Below are positions 53,286-64,000 of a stretch of 64,000 bases of DNA, one piece after another. The notes below the pieces were generated by a model. It was not told the DNA's origin and searched no databases. It saw nothing but the letters and a program-made list of their open reading frames with translations. The stretch's first letter is position 1. The number at the start of each line of letters is the position of its first letter. A program made the position numbers and the translations under genes. The DNA comes from Sphyrna mokarran (lineage: Eukaryota), in contig JAGIQG010000001.1 of assembly GCA_024679065.1 (NCBI GenBank), positions 111,724,001-111,788,000 on the forward strand, given 5' to 3'.

Positions 53286-54349
53286 ATTGAGCTTCTCCGG
53301 TTCCCCTGCAGTTAACGGAGTTTTGGCTGAGCACCAACTTCTCCGTTCTCACTAGCAGTGGTGGCAGGGCATGATGAGCCAGAGAATTCTGGTCTATGTG
53401 TCTCAGTGTCATATCTTGTTTCATAATGCTCCTATGAAGTTCCTTGTAAGGTGAGATGATATAAATACAAAGCTATTTTGAATTTGAGTCAATTTGTGCT
53501 TTTTCTTCTTCTCCTGAGTGCTGATTGCAGGTTATATTGATAGAGACTTATACTGAATGAATGAGTCAATGAACTAAGAGATAATAACATCCCAAGTATG
53601 GCTTTCATTCCTGATATATGAGATATACTATATAGAAAATCAGGCGCTTTATCAGAACCAATTGGTAAGAAAAATGATTGACAAGTAAGTTGGAGGTCAG
53701 TGTTCCAAAAGAGTTAAAGCACATTCAGTTATCTATAGGAGAAGATATCTAATATTATTCTAATTGCACATTGTTCGTCTCTTGCAGTTTTATCTCTCTA
53801 AATCTGCTGTGTCACTTGGTCCCACATTTCCTCCCACAGGAAGGTTAGGGGTGGGGCAGCCTGCACCACTTGCTCCTCTTTCCTGTTAATACTTTTGTCC
53901 CATTATTTCCTGTGCCTCTCGCGTTGACTTCTTGCAGGTGGAGACCCCTGAGTGCTGGTCACGTGCTGGCAGTTCTGCATGTGTAAATTTGGGCAGTGCC
54001 CACTGGCAAAATATCTAACATGGGTACATAAAAGCAAAACCTGATCGTGCCTGTTTGCTGCACAGTCACCTCTGAGGATAGGTTGTGAGATGGGAATCAA
54101 AATAAGAAGCATTGGTGACAGCACCATTCCTAAGCTGTGGTGCTAAGGTCAATAAAAATATCTCTGCCACTCAGCTACTCACCCATCAGAACTGAATTAA
54201 TCATAATGAGGGAAGAGCTTTATGATGCCAGTGACATTGTCTGTTTCTGATCCTAATCCACAGATGAATGATTCTGCCAGTGCACTCTCCTATTTTGGCT
54301 TTGATGAATGATTGTGCTAAGATGCTCATCAGCACACCATATTAAGCCA

Positions 54350-54492
54350 TGATGTGGAGATGCCAGAGTTGGACTGGCATGGTACAGTAAGAAATGTCAC
54401 AACACGAGGTTAAAGTCCAACAGGTTTATTTGGCAGCTTGAACTTTCAGAGCACTGCTCCTTCATCAAGTGAGTGAAGAGTTGGGTTCACAA
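54350..54492 (-). mobile_element. Penelope-like 3' terminus fragment with decayed hammerhead
   Basis: GATGTGGAGATGCC..GTTGGACTGG tail; the minus strand reads TTGATGA-aggagcagtgctct-GAAA. Confidence 0.7.
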
Positions 54493-54959
54493 TACGTCCT
54501 GTTCGTTGCCCACTTTAACCTTGCATTCTTCTTACTGTTCCTTGGAGAGGCAAAAACTAAAAGGAGATTTGATCAAAATGTTCAGAATGAAGAGGGATCA
54601 GGGCAAAGGGAAGCTTCATCTAATGAATTCTAGTTTTCTTAACAGCATAGCACACATGTCGGAAATGACATAATGTACAATGGTTTCTTTTATTGACTAA
54701 GAACCAGTGGGTACCACTTTACCATGAATGGCAAAAGAAGCAACATAAGAATAAACTTCTTTGTACAATGAATGGTTAGGGTCTAGAACAGCAATGGGCA
54801 GTTAGGGTGGTGAATGAGGCATATGTGTGGCGCTCCTTCATCTCAGTGGGCCACAAGATCATATCAGGCTTTTTCACTAACTATGCCCCAAAAGTAAGAT
54901 TCAATATGTTTAATACATGCCAAATATTTCATAATGAGTTATAGTTAATGAATTACAGA

Positions 54960-55242
54960 GCGGCACGGTGGCAGAGTGGTTAGCACTGCTGTCTCACACC
55001 ACCACCTGCTTGGATCACTGTCTGTGCAAAGTCTGCATGTTCTGTCCATGTCTGTGGGTTTCCTCCGGTGCCCCGGTTTCCTCCTACAGTTCAAAACGCG
55101 TGCTGAATAGGTGCATTAGCCATGCTACATTCTCCCTCAATGTACCCGAACGGGTACCAGATTGTGGCAACTAGGAGAGTTTCACACTAATTTAATTGTA
55201 GTGTTAATGTATGCCTATTTGTGACACTAATAAATAAACTTT
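54960..55242 (+). mobile_element. HE1/V-SINE-related SINE with alternative (Rex1-like) tail
   Basis: Same head and core; tail GTGTTAATGTATGCCTATTTGTGACACTAATAAATAAAC. Confidence 0.8.
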
Positions 55243-56964
55243 AAGCTTTAGAAAATGCTGCATCATTCATATACTAATAGAACTGTCATCAACATCAAGT
55301 GGTAAAAACAAAATAAATATTTGTGTTTCATTAGATGCAGAGAGTGTGCATGGCTCTCACAATCAATGTTGTGCGATCAGCACACATTTCACCTCACTGG
55401 CCCTTGTTTTATGTGGGTACTACTTCAGTCATACTGGAAGGAAAAAGAACTATGTGGATGGGAACCAGAGGAATGTGTCTACAAAATGTCTTATGAGCCA
55501 CGCGCAAATTCTTGATGGGCCACATGTGGCTCTGGGGAGGAGATTTTCAAGTTCCACTTGCCACAGGAATCGTTGTGGACGGAGGGGCAGATCATGCAAA
55601 AGTCCGTTGACCTTGGGTGGGATTTTCCAGTTTTGAGGTGAGTGCGGATGGGAAATCCTGCCCTGTGAGTGTGGTGGAGACAAGTTCAATTATGGTTTTG
55701 AAAAGAGAATTTAATAATTATTTGAAGTGAAACAACTTGTAAGGCTGTGCTTAAAAGTTAAGCAGGAAATAGTTCAATTTCTAAACTCTAAAGGGGTATG
55801 GTGAGAGAGAGTAAGAATTTGGCGTTGAGATTGTGGATCAGCTATGGTCATATTGAATGGCAGAGCAGACGTGAAGGGTCAAGTGACTATGCTTATCATG
55901 TTTCTAAATTGACAGAAAGAGCCTAGGTGAGTTGTTCTCGAAGAGAATCAGTAAGGAGATGACAATCTGAATGGTCTCTTTCTGATTTTTTGATTTTGTG
56001 TACCATCTAATAGCTAGTTACATAACGATATTTAGCCTTAATCAAAATTGTCCACTGACCTTTGTGACATTTGAGCAGTGTGAGGTAATCTCAAAAAGGA
56101 AAACAGTACATTTTCAAAGGATGATGATAAACTGTGAAATTTGAAAATAATTGCAAACTGAAATTCGTAAACAGACATGTATGGAATAAATATCTTCATG
56201 GTTGTTCCTTAAAATATTAGAAAAGATGTTTAGTCAGAGATCCGGAGAACAGGGAAGCAGTGATCAATGTTACAAGTGCTTCTAATCAAGATTAGAAAAT
56301 CATATAAAACAGAAAACCTACCAAGTGGAGTGCAAAGAACTGGTGAAAAATGATATAAAAATGGTAAAAATGAACTTATACTAATAATTGCCTGTAATAT
56401 TAATCACAATTATATAAACAACGTATATAGAGGATACAAGCATCCACTGGAATTTTTTTAACAGAGGACCTTCCCAGCATTAGTGAAAAGTAGGATAGGT
56501 GATGTGGTCTTGCTACCATGCTACCAACATTGGTGTACTTGTGCAACTTGCAAAGTTCTCTTGATTTGGGAACCAGTCCTTTAACTTTATGAAAATAGCT
56601 AGGGGGATCAGCACTAATGAGAAATTTAGCTAGACCAGCCATATGGATACTGTGACTAGAAGGGTAGGTCAGAAGCTGGCAATTCTGCAGTGAGTGACTC
56701 ACTTCCAACTCCCCAAAGTCTCCTATCACCTACAAGGCACAACTTACAAGTGTGATGGATTATTCTCTACTTGTCTGCATGGGGGCAGCTCCAACTGCAC
56801 TTAAAAAGCTCAACAACATCCAGAAAAATGTAGTCCAATTGATTGGTAAATGATGCATCACCTTAAGCACTCCTGTAAAGATATAAAAATACCTAAAGGT
56901 TAAGGCCTAAAGGAGAACTGTACTTAGACCAACCTGAGTACTGTGCTCAATCCTGAGCAGCATT

Positions 56965-57335
56965 CCTTATTGAGGATGTATTGATCTTGGTAGGAGTGCA
57001 GTGGCCAGTTATCAAAAGGATACCAGGATTGCAAGAGTTAAATAGTGAGGAACAATTGTATGAAATTGCTGGGTATTCCCTAACACATAGAAATTTAATA
57101 GATGGATTGAGTACAGTTCTCAAGGTATTAAGTGCCACAAGGTTGATTGGAAGAATCTATTTCTCCTAGTTAGGAGGCCAGGACAAAGTGGCATAGTGAA
57201 ACAAATTAGAGCTGTACATTTCAGGAGTGAATTTAGGAAATATTTTCTCATTAGAAGTTGAGAATTTTCTTTCACAAATGACAATTGATGCCAATTGATC
57301 AATTTTTGTGAGCCAAAGGCCTATGTTGAACGGCA
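56965..57335 (+). mobile_element. Old CR1 3' remnant
   Basis: Degenerate GVQ..IKRIPGLQELNSEEQL matching the CR1 ORF2 C-terminus. Confidence 0.55.
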
Positions 57336-57427
57336 AACATATGGGCCAGAATTTTACACTTGCCCACCATGGGTTTTAGATTGGCAGAGGATTGGCTGGA
57401 TAATGTGAAATTGAGGGACAGGATAGG

Positions 57428-57752
57428 GGTAGCATGGTGGCACATTGGTTAGCACTGCTGCAACACAGTGCCAGGGACCCATGTTCAAACCCAGTCTCGG
57501 GTCAGTGCCTGTGTGAAGCTTGCACATCCTCCCCATGTCTGCATGGGTTTCCTCCGGGTGCCCCAGTTTTCTCCCACAGTCCAAAGTTGTGCGGGTTAGG
57601 ATGATTGGCCATACTAAATTAACCCTATTATCAGGGGGATTAGCAGGGTAAATATGTGAGGCTACGGGAATGGGGCCTGGGTGGGATTGTGGTCAGTGTA
57701 GATTTGATCATCCAAATGGCCTCATTCTGCACTGTAAAGATTCAATGATTCT
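57428..57752 (+). mobile_element. tRNA-derived HE1/V-SINE with CR1-type tail
   Basis: A box GGTGGCACATTGGTTAG, B box GTTCAAACC, core GGGTTTCCTCCGGGTGCCCCAGTTTTCTCCCACAGTCCAAAG, tail TCTGCACTGTAAAGATTC. Confidence 0.85.
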
Positions 57753-59299
57753 CTCTTGCCACCTGCCCACACAGCCACTTTAAGCTGGGACGGGCAAGGG
57801 ACTTGAATGGAATGTTCACCTTTGCCCCAGTTAGGGTGGCTGAGGGTTATTTTCTGCCCAACCTCAATTTTTAGGCTGGTGGAATGGTTGACTTTGCGTA
57901 GGGGAATCTCAAAAATCAAAGGTCTCAGGTGCGAAGCAAGGAAGAGTCACATCTCCATCAGAAGTCCCTCCTGAAGGAAGGAAGCAAGGTCCCACCATAG
58001 AAATACCTCAGGCCATGGAGTTAGATCACACATGAGCTATTGAATGGTGGAAAGGCATGAAGAGCTAAATGACCTACTCTCATTTTTATGTTCCTGTGTG
58101 TCCCAGGTAACTTACCTGGATAATTGCCAGTCAATCATTCAAATCCCTCCATGACACCACACCGTCCTTTCACTGGAAGCTCCTCTACCTCTACAAACTA
58201 TTCCTTCCTATCGCCCACCACTTCCCCTATCCCTGAACTATCCAGTTTTATTAGTTTGACCTCCTGTGCATTCCCTTCTCCACCACTCACAATCGTGCCT
58301 TCAGCAGTCTGTGCCCTGGACCTAGGAATTCTATCTGTAAGTCCTCCATCAGCTCCAGCGCCAGATTGTCCTTGAATAATATTAGTAAAGACCATTCATT
58401 TGACAAAGAATTTGGTCAATTTGTTTAGTGTATGCATTTTTAGCTCATCATCTAGTTTTCTCCCCTTGTACACCTTTATGAAATGCAGTGGAACATTATT
58501 CTTGGTTAAAAACATAATATGCAAGTTGTGTTTATTAATGACATTAATGTTGAATGTGCGCCGTATTTCACAGTCAAATCAAAATCTGAGTATCTTTCCC
58601 CATGTTAGAGTTGAAGTTAGTAGATGTAATGAAGGAATAGAATTAAATGTATCACCACATTACTGACAGAGACTGAATAACTGGAGGGCCTCAGTCATAA
58701 ATCAGAATGTGCTCAGTTTTCCTCAAGTCATTTTGCAGAAAAAGTGCACACGCTGTTGCTAGTTTAACAAACTTTCAACATTTATATCACTTGAGTGGCT
58801 CATTTGCTGCCTAAGAAGCATTAAAGAACCATTAGTATGGGTGCATTGAGAATTATCTCCTATTTTTCACCAACACTGGCAATCAGGAATCAATGCATCA
58901 AAGCTGTACATTCCTATAATTTTGTTAATGAATCAGTAATTGCTATTAAAAATTGTCAATTTCCTATTTTTGTTATGAAAGGTTAAAATCAAACCCAAGT
59001 TTGATTTTTGTCTCTTTTCATAGTTATGGTCAACCAGTTACAAACTTATATTTTATTTTCTTTGTTGTCACTTATCGTGAGAAAATGTAACAGTTTTTGT
59101 TTGCATTGCATCTTAAAATGCACTTTGAAACTGAATAGATAGCAAGGATGCACCAGTGCTCAATCTGAAGTGCACCCTCTAGTATACAGTATAGTCTGAT
59201 ACTGACTAATAAATCCAGCATATCCTTAACTACTCAGCCCATGGTTTTCTGAACAGTACTTCCTTCTACTCTACCCTTGGAACATCCAACTGAGAAACC

Positions 59300-59765
59300 A
59301 TGGGCAGATTTCCTTTCCAAAGGGCCATTAATGAACTAGGCGTATGTTTATGATAATCAATGGATGTTTCATGGTCACTATTATTGAGATGGATTTCTCA
59401 GGTTTTATTGGATTTAAGTTCCACCAGGTGCTGTGGTGAGGTTTGAACTGATTTTTTAAAATTTATTTTTATGGGTGTATTCGTTGACGGCTGAGCCAGT
59501 GTTGATTTGCCCTTCCATTTCAGAGGGCATTTCAAAGTTAACCACATTGTGGTGGATCTGGAGTTACATGTAGGTCAGGCCAGGGTAAGGATGACAGGTT
59601 TCCTTTCTTTAAAGTCATTAGTGAACTAGGTGGGTTTTCAATGACAATCAACAATGGTTTCATGATCATCATTAGACTTTTAATTCCAAACTTTTTTCTT
59701 ATGCCATGATGGGATATGAACCTAGTTCCCCAGGCTCTGGGTCACTGAATTACTCGCTCAGTGAA
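59300..59765 (-). mobile_element. Two adjacent Deu-domain SINE fragments
   Basis: Same core twice (59303-59450 and 59465-59765). Confidence 0.6.
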
Positions 59766-60487
59766 AGAAACATATTGCATTTTCCCCAACCTTAGAATGT
59801 CCTCAGAGCTTTTGCTTGGGTGTTAGGTTAGTTGTTCAGTGACAATTCCACTGCATCACCATGATGATGGTAAGAAAATCCATTTCATCTTTTAAAATAG
59901 ACCAGTTATAAATGTCCTTTACCCTGTACCATTCACACATTCTAAAGTTTGAGATTTGACCAGGAGTTGTCAGTATTAAGACATTTTGATCCAAGTGTAT
60001 ATATTGTCAGAAAAGGTCTTGTTCTGGCATCATCAACTAGGCTTTATTGCACATAATCAAAAGCTAACTCTAATGGTAAGTGACTACTTTTTAAAAATAA
60101 TTATAACAATTTGAAGTTATATTTCCCACATTTTATAGTAATTACCAAAATATAATGCAAGACAGCTTATATTATCATATGGAAGATGTCATCAGCAAGC
60201 CTGCAGCACTAAACTAACCCTAATGAAACAGCATGGAGACATGATGCTATGACCTGCATTAACTGTAGGCCCTGTATGGCTGGATGAAAGAGGCTGATTT
60301 GTTGTTTATTATTCACTTAACAGAGACTTTAGGATAGAACAGCTATTGACTGTGTTATAAGTCAAAGACCCATGGCTTGTATAGAATCTATCACCTGCCA
60401 TCCATGCTGAAACAAGCATTATCCCACCTCATTCACCTGACAGCTTGTGCTGCAACAGACGCCTTATCAAACGTGACTGATTACTGT

Positions 60488-60643
60488 NNNNNNNNNNNNN
60501 NNNNNNNNNNNNNNNNNNNNNNNNNNNNNNNNNNNNNNNNNNNNNNNNNNNNNNNNNNNNNNNNNNNNNNNNNNNNNNNNNNNNNNNNNNNNNNNNNNNN
60601 NNNNNNNNNNNNNNNNNNNNNNNNNNNNNNNNNNNNNNNNNNN
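60488..60643. other. Assembly gap (156 N)
   Basis: Run of N. Confidence 1.
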
Positions 60644-61654
60644 GAGAGGTACAACATGTCAGAAAGCTTTGGGGAAGGAAGGAAGCCAGATGACATGTGA
60701 CAAAGTGTCTGCAAAATGGAGCATGAAGCACTAAAACCAACAGTGAAGGTGATGTGAGTATAGGCCACAGCGGAGGTGGGAGTATTATTGTCCTTGCCGT
60801 TTCAATCACTCGAACAGACGCAAGAGTAAAACCATCCTGTCATTTTGTATTGTTAAAATGACCAGTCAATGTTGTGTCCATTATAGTCCATATACATCAC
60901 CTAAATTAATTTGGAATAGTGAAGTTCCATAATCCTTTTTGGTCATCTGAAATAGCCATATTCATTTTAAATATGCTTATTCAGCAAACTTAGTGATTTG
61001 CCACATGTTGGGCGGGATTTTATGGCATCATTTAACCCAAGAATAAAAAATTCTGCCTGAGGTCATCGGACATTTCCATTGTCTGCCCGTCACTGGCTCT
61101 GATTCCATGTAAGGCGGGACAGTAAAATTCCAGATGTTATTTCTGTTGTACTTGGAAATAGGGTGAAGGTAGCAGAACGTCTTTGAGACAAAATACTTGT
61201 GGCAGCATCAGCAATATTTCCTCCTGTTTGTGGTCGGTGCCACCGACTTTTGTACATTGGATTTAGTTCAATGGCCCTTCCTGCCCGTTTAATATCGAAG
61301 TGCTGAAAGACAGTCTGAATAAGTGCATGCTAAATTCACCCTCAGTGTACTCGAGTAGGCACAGGAGTGTGGCAACTAAGAAATTTTCATAGTAACTTCA
61401 TTGTAGTATTAATGTAAGCCTACTTGTGACACCAATAAATAACTTAAAAAAAAATTAAATACTGTGCAGTTCTCCCAGACATCATTCTTCTGCCCATTAT
61501 GGACAACACTTTGGCTTATTTTTGGTCATCATCTGGGTTATTTAATGATACCAAAATGTAGTTGTTTTTGTTTTCTTTTGTTGTAGCTCTTTAAGGTATG
61601 ATTCACTTCTAAACAATTTTACCATGTGTATTCAGAGTCAAATTATAATATTCA

Positions 61655-62165
61655 ACAACACCAGCATCTTCCATTATATCACACATCTGATGTAGTCAAA
61701 ACATCCAAACATATTTCACAGAACTATCATCAACTAATTTTATACTGAACCATGTGATGAGATATTGGGACAGTTGTAGCCAAAAGATCAGTCTAAGTGT
61801 TCAGGTGTAACTTAAAGAGCAGGATGAAGGGAAGTGAAATAGAGCAGAGAAGAGAGTTGGGTAGGATTTTCAGAGTTTTGGGCTGAGGTTGCTGAAGGCA
61901 TGGCCAGCAGTGATGGATTGATACAATTCGAGGATAGGCAAGAAGCTGGCATTGAATGAGCACTGAAATTTTAGAGATGAGGGCATGAAGTGATTTGAAC
62001 ACATGGATAAAAACTTAAAACTGTAGCATTGCCAAACCAGGAGTCAATGTTTGTCAGTGAACACAGACATGGAGTGTGATTGGGACTTCATGCATGTCAA
62101 GATATGAGCAACAAAGCTTTGGATGAGTTCAACTTTAGATAGGGTGGATGGTGGGAAGCTGATCT
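61655..62165 (-). mobile_element. L2-clade LINE 3' remnant
   Basis: Minus-strand similarity to 50630-51087 (MFKSLHAL..) and an L2-type terminus. Confidence 0.6.
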
Positions 62166-64000
62166 ACTTAATTCTTTTGTAAAACTATTGCTTTAGTGAA
62201 GAATCACTGGTGCTACCAGTATAGCTCAGTAAAGGAGTATAATAAAAGGAAAAAAAGCTGGTCCAGTCCACGATAAGGAAACGAGAAAGAGAGGAAGAAA
62301 AGGATAGATCAAGGCTGGGATTCTTTTAAAAAAAATTCTAAGTCCCCAATTCACGTGAAAACAAATGTAATTTCCGTCTTTTTTTTAAGTGGGATTTTCA
62401 GATTCAATTCCGACACTTTGTGCATCACAGAATGTCCTAGCAGGATTCCCTCTGAAAATCACCGAGCTTGGCCTATTCCTAACGATTCATCAATTTGATC
62501 CTATTTCCTTGTTATTTTTCCATCATCCTCCAACTCTATGTTCTCTTATATACTGATTCAATCATCTTTTGAGACTTGTTGTTTAAAATCTTAATCCTCA
62601 TTTTGCCTCTGGTTCCTTTGCCAATTCCATTAAATCGGTACCTCCTGGTAATTGAGCATTTTGCTATTGCAAAAAGTAGTTGACCAAAACCCTTCATGAT
62701 TTTGAGCATCTCAATTATAACCTGCTTAACATTTCTCTGTTTTAAGGAGGAAAGCTAGCTTTTTCAGAGAACCAAATTTTTGTATGCCATTCTCTTCAGG
62801 ACCCTCTCTGTGATCTTGTCACATTCCCAAATTGTAGCCACAAGAGCTCAGTTTGGACCTGTCCAGTGTTATATGAATGTTTAAACTTCCCTGCTTTTGT
62901 ACTCTTTGGCCAGAATTTTCCTGTCCCTGATTGACAGGAACAGAGGGGCAATAGCAAACAGAATGGATGCCAGGCAGTATTAGCAGAAAGCCCGCCTTCA
63001 TTATCACTGTCCACCATTTTCGCCAGTGTAAAGGAGGGAGGAGGCACCTCACAGGCCTATTCACCTGAAGGAACTAATTTACACCATTGTGGGCTCACAA
63101 GTCTGTTTCTGGAAAATTTTTTAAACAATTTTCAGCCCGACTGCTGTTCAGTAGCTGCCTGGTTTCAGACCAGCTGGATAGAGACAAGAACAATGAGATA
63201 GAGAGGAGAAGAGCTTTAAAAAGACTGGTGAGATGGTTATGCCTCACAGCATTTAACAGGATTAAATTCTAATTCTCCCCGAATTGCACTTAACTTTTGA
63301 TAACTGTGCAGTTTTAAATTTATGTTTCAAACATATCTAGCAATAACCTACATTTTTTAACTAGAATGTTTAAAGTGACTAAATTTGATGTAATTGTTTC
63401 TATCATTGTGTTCGCTCTGTTAAAATGATACAAATGTAAAGACTTTCAAATAGTTCTTTCATCTCTGGAAACAAATTTGCTGAATACAGGCATTATGCAA
63501 TTCGAAATACAGCATATCTCCATGGATGGCATGAATAAATTTTGTATCTTTTAAAGTTGCCCGACCTGGGATTATGTGTATCTCAATCTTGTTCGTGACT
63601 GAAGAGCAGCTTTCGAATTGTAACTTCTGCTGTCATTCAGACATAGGTTCCTCCTGGGCCATAGGCAGGATGTTTGATAATGAGGAAGCACATTGTCGAT
63701 GCTTGGTCCACCAGCTCTCCAGATAATGGAAGGTATTCTTCAGGCAGGAAACAATTTTTATTCATTAATGGGGTATGAGGATTGTCCATAGTCCAGTATT
63801 TATTGCCCATACCTAATTGCCCCTGGGAACTGGTGGTGAGCAGCCTGACCATGGCATCCATGTGTAAATACACCAATAGTGCTGTTAGGAAGGAAGTTCC
63901 AGGATTTTGATCCGGGAATATCGATATATCTCCAAGTCAAGATGGTGAGTGACTTGGAGGAGAACCTCCAGGTGGTGGTTTTTCACCCTTTTCCTTCTAG

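Noticed and set aside
57428-57500. tRNA genes at SINE heads
   Set aside because: The A and B boxes run into SINE core and LINE-derived tails, with no complete cloverleaf.
60377-60809. ORFs spanning 60.4-60.8 kb
   Set aside because: They are open only because they cross the N gap, and no protein was recognised.
1-64000. CRISPR arrays, prokaryotic operons or defence systems; remaining short ORFs as genes
   Set aside because: The sequence is vertebrate-type repeat-rich DNA with no repeat-spacer array. The short ORFs are chance frames or transposon fragments.

Overview
Eukaryotic, repeat-dense, apparently intronic or intergenic DNA. The repeat content (HE1/V-SINE-type and Deu-domain SINEs, CR1, L2 and Rex1 LINEs, Penelope-like elements) points to a cartilaginous fish (shark); this is an inference. 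No host protein-coding gene could be recognised. The only long intact ORF (7417-9603) is a Penelope-like element (PLE) reverse transcriptase plus GIY-YIG endonuclease. It is 5'-truncated and preceded by a near-perfect ~780-bp inverted copy of its own 3' end. Two shorter insertions of the same family (43501-44177, 45943-47078) share this architecture: inverted arms, an extra ~35-bp tail on the left arm only, and an 11-13-bp TSD. Their 3' UTRs carry a minimal type I hammerhead ribozyme whose stems covary between copies. The most unusual object is a head-to-tail dimer of a ~305-bp unit (18835-19444, minus strand). Each unit starts with U2 snRNA nt 11-37/39, contains a second U2-like motif interrupted to create an octamer ATGCAAAT, has a PSE-like motif and ends in an A-rich tail. 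Also present are two deep nesting stacks of transposons, SINEs with two alternative LINE-derived tails, palindromic MITEs and a 156-nt assembly gap. Boundaries of old repeats are approximate and were read by eye.
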